Shown one piece after another: positions 1 through 8,075 of a DNA stretch of 13,767 bases. The position numbers and the translations under genes were made by a program. Position 1 is the stretch's first letter; every line of letters begins with the position of its first letter. This DNA is from Paraspadella gotoi (taxonomy: Eukaryota > Animalia > Chaetognatha): NCBI GenBank assembly GCA_051294375.1, contig JBJCIZ010001207.1, positions 1 to 13,767 of the forward strand, in the 5' to 3' direction. The notes below the pieces were generated by a model. It was given only the letters and a program-made list of their open reading frames with translations. It searched no databases and was not told where the DNA came from.

Positions 1-40
1 CTCAGCCCCGAACGCGAAGAAACCGGGATCGAATCCCACA
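1..40 (-). repeat. Start (U3) of the 3' LTR, truncated by the window edge
   Basis: Begins TGTGGGATTCG... immediately after the PPT. TGTGG is the inverted complement of the CCACA just before the PBS (4799-4795). No second copy is available in the window to confirm it. Confidence 0.72.
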
Positions 41-3000
41 TCCCCCCCAGACGAGGAAAGCGAAGGAGACGAGGATCCTATCTCTTCACGGTTGGGCTCA
101 GTTCCATCGTTTTGTTGCAGAATGTGTCGTAATACCGCGCCGTAATCTGGACGCGTTGCCGCGTTGGCGCCTGGGCGACAACAATTGTCGGACGGCTTTG
201 CGCGAGGGAAAGGACGAAGACCCGAACGACGGCGCTGACGCGGGGTCGGCGTCGGTATCTCGTTTAAGGGCGTCGGCGCTGGGATGGGCGTGGCCGGAAA
301 TGGGACGTTTTGTTCCTCATTGTTTCCGGCGCCGTTACTTGGTTGTCGCTGGGAATTTGACGTTTCGTCGCGGATTTGCGTTGAAAGGGGACATCGACGA
401 CGTCGACGATCTGGGGGAGGCGATGGTGGAGCCTGTGGCTCAGAAGGTGCCTCGTCTTGGGTGCCGTCGTCGTCGTCGCCGCTATCGTCGTCGACGTTGG
501 CCGGTTTGATGCGAGTGATGGCGACGGTTTCGATTCCTCTCCCTGGAATGTCAATTTTGAAATTTAGATTGTCTCGCGCCGTGACACGGAAAGGGCCTTC
601 GTAAGGGGCGGTGAGAGGCGGATTAATGCCGCCGCGCCGGATGAAGACGTGTGTGGACGTTGCGAGATTTTCCGGGAGATGGACTCGAGGTATTCGGTGT
701 CTGCTGGTCGGCACCGGCTGGAGCCGCTCTACTTCTACTCGAAGCTCGTCTCTGAGGCGTCGACGGGCTTCTCGTTCTTCCGCCTCAGATTGACTCGAGC
801 TGAGGATGTCACCAGGAACGGTAAGTGCGTCTCCGTAGACTAGTTGGGCTGGTGAGGCATCCACGTCCGGCTTGATAGTGGTGCGGATGGCAAGGAGCGC
901 CGAGGGGAGTCTCCAATACCAGCCATTTGGATCATCTGTTGAAATCGCGATAAGTGATTCCTTGAGGCGGCGATGGAATCTCTCGACCAATCCATTCGCC
1001 TCAGGGTGATAAGCCGCCGTCAAACGAAGTTGACAGCCCCACGTCTTGGCGAGTTGCCTCCAAATTGTCGACGAGAATTGTGAGCCGCGATCTGTGGTTA
1101 TCTCAGCGGGGATGCCAAACGATGCGACCCAATGATGCGCGAAATTGTCGGCGACGGTGGTCGCTGTGATATCCTTGATTGGCACTGCCATCGGCCATCT
1201 TGTGAATCTGTCGACGGCGGTGAGAAGATATGTAAAACCATTCGATGAAGGCATTTTGACCAGGTCGACGTGCACGTGCTGGAAACGTCGTGGTGGCACT
1301 GTAAAGTCGCCAATTTCCGGAATGACGTGACGTGTCACCTTGGCGCGCTGGCAGGCGACGCATTCACGCGCCCAACGCGTCACGTCCGCGCGCATTGATG
1401 GCCAAACAAATTTTTCGGCCACAGCATCTCGCGTCCGCGCCACGCCTGGGTGGCCGAGGTTGTGAATAGTTTGAAAAACTTTTCGGCGCCAGGCCTCAGG
1501 AACAAATGGCCTCGGCGGGCCGTTTGAGAGGTCGACCACAATAGGTTCGTTGCCAAGCTGAATGCGTCTGAAGTGGAGTCCAGTGGCGGGATCTTGAGAG
1601 AGTCGACGAAAATCTCGATCCAATGGCTGCTGACGAGCCATTTCGCGAAGGTCGAAACCCTGATGCTCTATGGCTGAGGCGACAAGGGCGAAGTGTTCTG
1701 ACTTCTCAGCGCTGAGAGGTCTGCTGGAGATGTCGGAGCCTTGATTCGGGCGTGATAGGGCGTCAGCCACAACATTGGCCTTTCCCTCAACATGTCGAAT
1801 GTCCGTGGTATATTCGGAGATTGCCGAGAGTTGGAATGTTTGGCGAGCAGTTTGAGGTTCCGTTTTCTTATGAAGGGCATGAATTAGACTCATGTGATCC
1901 GTGTAGAGAACAAATGCGCGCCCTTCCAGCCATGGGCGAAAATGTCTGACGGCGCGAAACGCGCCGTACAATTCTCTGTCAAATGGCGGCCACTTTCGCT
2001 GGGCGTCACTCAACTTGGCTGAGAAAAAGGCCAGAGGCTCCCAGCCCTGTGGCCCACGTTGTTCCAGGACGGCTCCTACGGCGTGGTCTGAAGCATCGGT
2101 TGTCAGGGAGAGAGCGGCGCCGGTTTTTGGGTGACGAAGAAGGACGGCGTTTGCTAACGCCTCCTTGACGGCGTCGAATCCGCGTTGACAACTTGGCGTC
2201 CAGTCAAGGCGTCGCGGTTTTCCTTTAAGGGCATCATAAAGAGGCGTTGCATGATGCGCCACTCTCGGAATGAACCTTCGGTAGTAATTCACCATTCCGA
2301 GAAAGCGCTGAAGCTCCTTGACGGTTGATGGCGCTGCTGTCTGGCGAAGGGCATCGACGCGCTGAGGGAGAGGCTTCACGCCGCTCGCGTCGACGTGATA
2401 GCCCAGAAATTCCAAGGACTCTTGGCCGAGAATGCATTTTTTTCGGTTTATCACCAGGCCATTCTCTTGCAGTGCCTCGAAAACCTCTTTTAGATCCTTG
2501 GCATGCTGCTCGTCGTCCTCACTTGCGACCAGGATGTCGTCGAGGTAGACATATACCCGGGGCATTCCACCGAGTATCTCGTCCATCAAGCGCTGGAAAT
2601 CTTGTCCTGCGTTTTTTAAACCGAATGGAGTCCGCAGGAAAACATACAAGCCGAAAGGCGTGATGACCGCCGTCTTGGGGACATCTTCCGATGCCACAGG
2701 GATCTGGTGATAACCCTTTAAAAGGTCAATCTTGGAGAAAACCTTTTTTCCTGCCAACTGGGCGTTGAAATCTGCAAGCAGTTTCACCGGATACCGATCT
2801 GGAATCGTTTGTGCGTTGAGTTGGCGGTAATCGCCACAAACTCGCCACCCTCCATCTCCTTTAGGGACGCAGTGTAGTGGCGAGGACCATGGGCTTTTAG
2901 CTCGGACTGCAACGCCCAGCTCCACCATCTTGTCCAGTTCGGCTTTGGCTACTGCTAATTTCTCTGGAGATAAGCGACGCGCACGTGCTTGGCACGGGCG

Positions 3001-3552
3001 CCCTTGTGTCGTAATGTAATGGCGAATTCCATGTTTGGGTTCTTTAATTTCAAAAGTCGGCGTGCACAAAGTTGGATACTGGTCCAGCAGCTGGTAAAAC
3101 TGATTATCCTGGCCGACGAAATGGACATGAGAAGCTGTTTGGCCGTAGGCTCGAGCGCAGGTGATCGTCGAGTAATCCTTGAGATCCAGGAGCAGGCCAT
3201 CTCGATGGTTTGGAGCAAGGAAGTATTGGGCTAAGAAATCTGCCCCTAAGATGCTTTGAGTGACATCGGCAACCAAAACTTCAAACGGGAATCTTCTGGG
3301 ACCAAGGGTGATGTTCTTCATTACAGTGCCGAAGCATGTTATCGGCGTCCCATTCGCGGCTTGGAGTTGTGGGCCAGAAGGGCCAGCAGCGCGCTGCTCG
3401 GGCGTGGGTGGCACCAACGAAAGCATTGCGCCTCCGTCTATGAGCCAAGCCCGTCCATCGCTGGCGTCAGCAACGTAGAGAAGGTAAGAGTTGTGTGGTG
3501 AATTGTTGTTCTGGCGGGGAATGGCGTTCACCTGCGCCTTCCCGCCTGGCCG
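1..3552 (-). CDS. pol: pol polyprotein (aspartic protease, reverse transcriptase, RNase H, DDE integrase with GPF/Y module, long C-terminal tail); predicted to be made as Gag-Pol by -1 frameshift; 3'-partial, no stop in window
   Basis: Hand translation shows the frame open from 3600 to 1 (previous in-frame stop TGA 3601-3603). Motifs: PR WLIDGGAMLSLVP...AANGTPI...ILGADFL; RT SPWSSPLHCVPK..WRVCGDYRQLN, FSKIDLLKGYHQI, TPFGLKNA, YLDD (2536-2547), FLG; RH TDAS (2089-2100), DREL, TDH, ADALSR; IN H-X3-H-X29-C-X2-C (1351-1464), D (1264-1266), D-X35-E (1090-1092 and 982-984), PYEGPF (589-606). Confidence 0.97.
41..48 (-). promoter_or_regulatory. Polypurine tract (plus-strand primer)
   Basis: GGGGGGGA directly precedes TGTGG at the 3' end of the internal region. 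Confidence 0.75.
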
Positions 3553-3558
3553 TTTCCC
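3513..3558 (-). promoter_or_regulatory. Programmed -1 ribosomal frameshift signal (slippery heptamer plus stem-loop)
   Basis: Gag-frame CCG GGA AAC gives the canonical X XXY YYZ heptamer G GGA AAC (3558-3552). A 5-nt spacer follows, then GGCGGGAAGGCG / loop CAGGTGAA / CGCCATTCCCCGCC (12 bp with two single-nt bulges). The -1 frame is the pol frame. Confidence 0.88.
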
Positions 3559-4667
3559 GGTTTGGCAGCGCGCTTTTCTCCGTAACGTGCGCAGCCTTTT
3601 TCACATCTGTAAGCTGCGTCTCCAAATTTCAGATGGAACTGGCAAATCTGTTTGAGTCGCGAAGAGGTTGCGCCGTCTGGTTTTCCGGTTGGCTCTCGGG
3701 CGGCGCTAGAGGCGTGGCTCGGCCTGGTCGAAACTGGAGGGCGTTGATCGCGGCGTCGATTGACCGCGTTGACTTCAACGCGTTCTTCATCGTCGCTGGA
3801 GAAAGGGAAATCGTCGTCGTGATTGACGAGGTTCACGGGCGCCGCGGCATTCTTATAAAGCGGTTTCCCGGCTGCGTCGAAATGTTTGTCGGCAATCTCG
3901 GCGAGCTCCGCGGCTGTGGACGAGTCGGCGCGGTCGATGACGTTTGCTCTGATTGCTGGAGGAAGGCCTCTGATGATAAGCTCTTTCCTGATGTCGTCGA
4001 GAGTTACTGTTGATGATTTTTCGACGAGGCGGGAGAGATGTTGGGATGGTTTCATCTCGTCGCGGGCGATCTTTGCATCGAGAAGCATCTCAGCTTGGCG
4101 CCGCTTTGTCAAACCATATTCAGCGCGAAGATAGTCGATAAAGGCCGTCCATCTTGCCTCAGATGGTTCCCCATATAAATATGCGTTGATGCGTGGATCA
4201 ACGTCGACGGAGATCTTCGCCTCCAAGAAGGCGAACTTATCCTTGGCGGCGACGACCCTTGCTCGCGTGTAAGCAGATTCTATCCGTCTTATCCAAATCT
4301 CGATGTTATCGCGGTCGAAAGGCGGGAGATCTGGCTTCTTTGGCTTTTCTGATCGGGCGAGCGCCTCCTGGGCGGCGCGAGTGGCGGCCATGGCGGCGTC
4401 GAGGGCCGCACGAAGGGCCTCGACCTCCGTTTGCGTTGGTTGAGCCTCTGCCATCGTTGCGGGGGCGTCTACGAAAATTTCTTGGCCCGTCGAAGGGAAA
4501 ACAAAGTTTTTCGCGGTTCGCGGCGTGTGACGCACTGCTGGTGCCGCCTCGACCTCCTCGGCGTCGAAATCGGGGTTTGGAGAGAGTCTGCCGCGGCGGG
4601 TTGAAGGCGGGATTGGAAGCGAAGAGGCTTGGGCCCTTGTGGTGACGCCAGGAACTGGGAGTGGCAT
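3528..4667 (-). CDS. gag: Gag (379 aa from the first ATG) with a CHCC zinc knuckle
   Basis: ORF 3528..4691 in the track starts at TTG; the first ATG is at 4667. It contains the capsid-type motif DLPPFDRDNIEIWIRRIESAY...KDKFAFL and the C-terminal CQFHLKFGDAAYRCEKGC = C-X2-H-X9-C-X3-C (3591-3644). It lies between the PBS and pol. Confidence 0.93.
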   Translation of the reverse strand: MPLPVPGVTTRAQASSLPIPPSTRRGRLSPNPDFDAEEVEAAPAVRHTPRTAKNFVFPSTGQEIFVDAPATMAEAQPTQTEVEALRAALDAAMAATRAAQEALARSEKPKKPDLPPFDRDNIEIWIRRIESAYTRARVVAAKDKFAFLEAKISVDVDPRINAYLYGEPSEARWTAFIDYLRAEYGLTKRRQAEMLLDAKIARDEMKPSQHLSRLVEKSSTVTLDDIRKELIIRGLPPAIRANVIDRADSSTAAELAEIADKHFDAAGKPLYKNAAAPVNLVNHDDDFPFSSDDEERVEVNAVNRRRDQRPPVSTRPSHASSAAREPTGKPDGATSSRLKQICQFHLKFGDAAYRCEKGCARYGEKRAAKPGNGQAGRRR

Positions 4668-4780
4668 TGGTCGAGGTGTTGAGGGTCTCAACGTTGAATT
4701 CTGGCGTCGTTGCGTTTAATCTGACTCCAAGAGGTTGGTGGGCGTCTCGAGTATTGCTCAAGAGGCTCTGAAAGTTCGTT

Positions 4781-4793
4781 GTCGGGATTACCA
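4781..4793 (-). promoter_or_regulatory. Primer-binding site, tRNA-Trp-like
   Basis: TGGTAATCCCGAC lies one nt after ...CCACA. It is 11/13 identical to TGGTGACCCCGAC, the complement of the common metazoan tRNA-Trp 3' end. Confidence 0.75.
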
Positions 4794-4796
4794 ATG

Positions 4797-4818
4797 TGGC
4801 GAACGGTCACGTTCGCCA
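4797..4818. repeat. Perfect hairpin (9-bp stem, 4-nt loop) at the element boundary
   Basis: TGGCGAACG-GTCA-CGTTCGCCA is seen directly. Its role (LTR U5 hairpin or Helitron/Helentron-type terminus) is unresolved. Confidence 0.85.
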
Positions 4819-6319
4819 ACGTCTCTACTTTCTTTTTGAATTTTGATTTTCTATGCAGAAACCATATCTTCATTTTGAAAAAAGGGGGGGCAAAATAGGT
4901 CGGACAAAATTTTTTTTCCAACAATTTGAAAAAATTTCAACTTTCTAATAAGCTTTTTTGGGAAATTAATATAATAAATTATTATACAATGGGTACATCT
5001 GAGAAAGTGATATGTCTCTAAATGACAAAAAAATTTTCTTCAAGTTTTATTTTGAAATTTAAGTATTACCAATAGAATAAGTAGATACTCCGCTTGCCAA
5101 ATTTTATTTAAACAAAAGATTTGTACTGCGTAATTTAAAAAAAATATTTTTATTAAATAACTTTTGAAGAAAGAGGTAAGCAAGGTGGATTGGTATCAAA
5201 TTAAAGCCCTAATCATGGACACCTTTCTAAAAGAGTTTTATTAATTAAATCATAATCTTTACCACAGCTTTGTTTAAATCAAGTTAAAGTATAACAGTTT
5301 TTTTTTTTTAAAAATTTTATGAAAGCATATGAAAATTTTTTTCTTTTTCTTTTGTAATTTTGAAAAAGGAAACTGAATTACATTTTGTTATTATTAAATT
5401 TTCTTTATTCCATAAAATTTCTTATATTTCAGTTAAGTAAAAACACAAAATTTATGTTGTAGCTTGATAAAAATGTATTTTTTAAATATTAAAAATGATA
5501 AATACAAAATGTTTTCAGCTGATATAACAGTCTGGACATCTACCTTCTTGTCTGTGAAAAAAAAAATCGTCATTTTCATTATCTTAGCTGAAAACTAAAA
5601 GCTTGACAAACTGCTTGTTTATATAATAAATTGTAAAAAATAATATAGCTGTAAATATTTGACAAAGAAAACATCATGTGTTAAATTGTATTGATAATTT
5701 ATTTTAAATATAGCAAGGAATTTAATTTTATTATTTATCATCCATTTATATTAAGAAAAAATATTTCTCTTAATAGCCATTGGAAGGTTTATTGACTGAC
5801 TTAATGATAAATTTTTTAGATTTCTTTACTGCCCCCATTTCACAGATATAAAAGTATGGTATCATGTCAAAAAGTCAAGATTATCTGTTACCCTTTCTGC
5901 AACCTGCATTCCAAATTTCTTTTTTCCTTTCAAATGATTAAATAAAAAAAATATTTGAGGAGACAATTGGCGTGAGGGATGCCATTGGTAAGCCTTAGTT
6001 ACCCCACTTCCGATCGAATTTTTAAATGAGGTTTTTTTTCCATCTATTTGAGACATAACACTAACTATTAGTACTATATTTTTTTTATTACATTCTATAA
6101 TAAATATGAATAAGTAACTTTTTTTAAAATTATCATCTTTTCACCCTATATTCAGTCATATCTAAAAAACCAAAAAAAGATTTTTGGATTGATATTTTGG
6201 TATCAACATTGAAACTATAACGTTTCAAAAAATAAAAAGAAATTAATAATATTGAAGCAGTGATTTTTTTTTATGACGGAACAGTACGTTACGCCATTTT
6301 TCATTGTGTCTTATATCAG

Positions 6320-6770
6320 CAGTTCGACTCTTTAATCCACTTTGTCGGTCCGTCTGCCCCCACCCCAAAAAATCTGTCGGTATCATTTATATTCATCTCA
6401 AAACATCATATATGAAAATTAAGCAAAACACGTTGTCCGTCCGTCGTTTGCTCTGTTCCGTCCCCTTAACAAAAACACCAAATACCGAGATGGATGAATG
6501 GATTGGATTGAAATTTGGTGTGTGGTTAGGAAGTGTATGATTGACTGGATATAATCTTTTAAAGTGCGCTAAGCAAATTAAAATCAGAAATCAAAGAAAG
6601 AATCATAATGTAATTTCTGAAAGAATATCGAATTTTTTTTTGTTATTTGTGAATGAAAAGCATTTTTGTATTCTCAAAATGGCGGACGAATGCGGATGAG
6701 ATTAAATTGATAACTGATAGTGAGAAGATGTATCATAAAAACTAAATTTGGTGATTGAATCGGCTGAAAT
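6320..6770 (+). mobile_element. Degenerate non-autonomous Helentron/DINE-like (HINE-like) fragment; boundaries approximate
   Basis: GTCY-type microsatellite remnants (TTTGTCGGTCCGTCTG 6341-6356; GTCCGTCCGTCG ~6435-6446) followed by GGATTGAAATTTGGTGTG-type sequence. This is a resemblance from memory only. Confidence 0.33.
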
Positions 6771-7291
6771 CTATGAGTTTTTACTATGTTTTTTATATCA
6801 TACATAGTGACATAGTCATGAACATCTTTTTTTATTGTTCAACAAACTAGACAAGTACTGATACCATACAAAGCCATAACAGACTCACCGAAATAGAGCT
6901 TGCTTATACTTGAGAAAGAATAGTTTTTGGAAACTGTTATTTACTAAAACTTTGTTGCATTATTATGGAAAGACTGAAGAGGAATTTATGCCCGTAAGTT
7001 AGTGGCTTTTATCCGTTTTAATTTTTTTTTTTTTGATCATGTGCCTCCGTCCGTTGTGGTTTTAATCTCGTTTTAAAGTCATTTTAATGCGACGATTTTA
7101 ACCTTTACCGTGGAAATTAAATCATAATTCATCCATCGTTTTATATACTCAACTTTTAAACTCGTCACGTCGCCATTTATTGTTGATAAATAACTTACTA
7201 ACCAGTTCAAATTCACCAACATCTCGAGAAACTAAATTCAGCCAATGAAAAAGTACAGCAAAGAGAGCACAAACATTATTTTTATAATTAT

Positions 7292-7554
7292 TCAGGTAAT
7301 CCCTGCAGAGAATTTACATTTACTGTGCAGCCACTGGTTTTGGTATTGGTTAACGTGGATCAGTGAGGTTGATCAGCTTCTTATGGTCCTCTCCATCATC
7401 ATCATTATCAATATCCTTCACTTTGCATTCCACCACAATGTAAAAACTGCTAAGAGTAATAGGTCACAAATACAGACAGTGTTTGCTTATTGTAAAATAA
7501 CTTTTTTAATGTGTTGCAAACGTCCGAATCTAGTACTCCTCCGTCATCCTTCAT
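7292..7554 (-). CDS. Candidate small spliced ORF (52 aa, acidic, no recognised homology) or pseudogene; exons 7554-7502, 7449-7355, 7302-7292
   Basis: Two 52-nt GT-AG introns (7450-7501 GTTATT...CTTAG; 7303-7354 GTTAAC...CTGCAG). Removing them gives MKDDGGVLDSDVCNTLKNSFYIVVECKVKDIDNDDDGEDHKKLINLTDPRIT*. A good upstream acceptor with a CTAAC branch point lies at 7727-7755. Confidence 0.3.
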
Positions 7555-8011
7555 CGTCACCTTCTATCATCGCTCCTTCCTAATCCCGATATGCAATATG
7601 ATGATGGGAAAACCTACCCGGATATCAATCTCTACAATATTTAAAGGGCTAATAATTAAGAATTGTCGAAATTCATAATTTGTTTTCTTTCGGCTTCGTG
7701 GAGCTCCGTGATCTCTCAAGGGATCCCTGCAAATAAATAAGGTTTTTAATGTTAGCTCCTCTCAGGAAAAGAAAGATGTTTTGATGCCCGAAACAATTTA
7801 TTGATGTATTAGGTTATTCGATTTGATGGTTTTAGAATTTGATTGATTGAGATGAATAGAAGTGAATTAAAGTAATGTGATGGTGGAATAGGTAATCGAT
7901 GGGATGTCGGAAAGGATATAACAAAGTAACGATAAGATGAGGCATGAAAATAAGCGTGAGAAAGAGAGTAAAGACGTGTACGGTGACAGGGGGATGCGGA
8001 GTGGGACCGCG

Positions 8012-8075
8012 TCTCTATCTCTCTCCTTCTCTCTCTCGATCATTGCTCGCTCTTCTCTCTCTGTTCTCTCTCCTC
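8012..8075. repeat. (CT/GA)-rich low-complexity tract
   Basis: TCTCTATCTCTCTCCTTCTCTCTCTC...CTTCTCTCTCTGTTCTCTCTCCTC is seen directly. Confidence 0.8.

Larger units (their letters stand above)
1..4796 (-). mobile_element. Ty3/Gypsy LTR retrotransposon, CsRn1/Kabuki-like clade; coding region intact, 3' LTR cut by the window edge, 5' LTR missing or truncated
   Basis: Minus-strand order: ...CCACA (LTR-end-like), PBS, gag, pol (PR-RT-RH-IN, the Ty3/Gypsy order), PPT, TGTGG LTR start. A CHCC Gag knuckle with a tRNA-Trp-type PBS is the established signature of the CsRn1/Kabuki clade. The GC- and CpG-rich block ends sharply at ~4830. Confidence 0.96.

Noticed and set aside
23-49. tRNA T-arm/B-box-like GGGATCGAATCCC at the LTR start
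   Set aside because: Only a short stem is present, with no cloverleaf or A-box; it is better explained as the PPT/U3 junction.
1630-1660. Hammerhead-like core CTGACGA...GAAAC on the plus strand
   Set aside because: Stem II is mispaired, stems I and III with an NUH site cannot be formed, and it is antisense to pol coding sequence.
2611-2620. In-frame slippery-like T TTA AAA / A AAA AAC inside RT
   Set aside because: It encodes the conserved GLKN motif, no strong downstream stem is evident, and a shift would only truncate pol.
156-4645. Many plus-strand and off-frame minus-strand ORFs in the track within the retrotransposon
   Set aside because: They are shadow ORFs of GC-rich gag/pol with no recognisable domains; the true pol frame explains the region.
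4306-4794. 162-aa Arg/Gly-rich minus-strand ORF overlapping gag
   Set aside because: It starts at a TTG at the PBS and has no internal Met. Its composition is what an alternative frame of GC-rich gag would give.
4878-4890. Plus-strand polypurine run GAAAAAAGGGGGGG resembling a PPT
   Set aside because: It is on the wrong strand for the element and is not followed by a TG LTR start.
6965-7000. Possible plus-strand micro-exon ATG...CC followed by GTAAGT
   Set aside because: I could not join a convincing downstream exon to it, and isolated donor-like words arise by chance.
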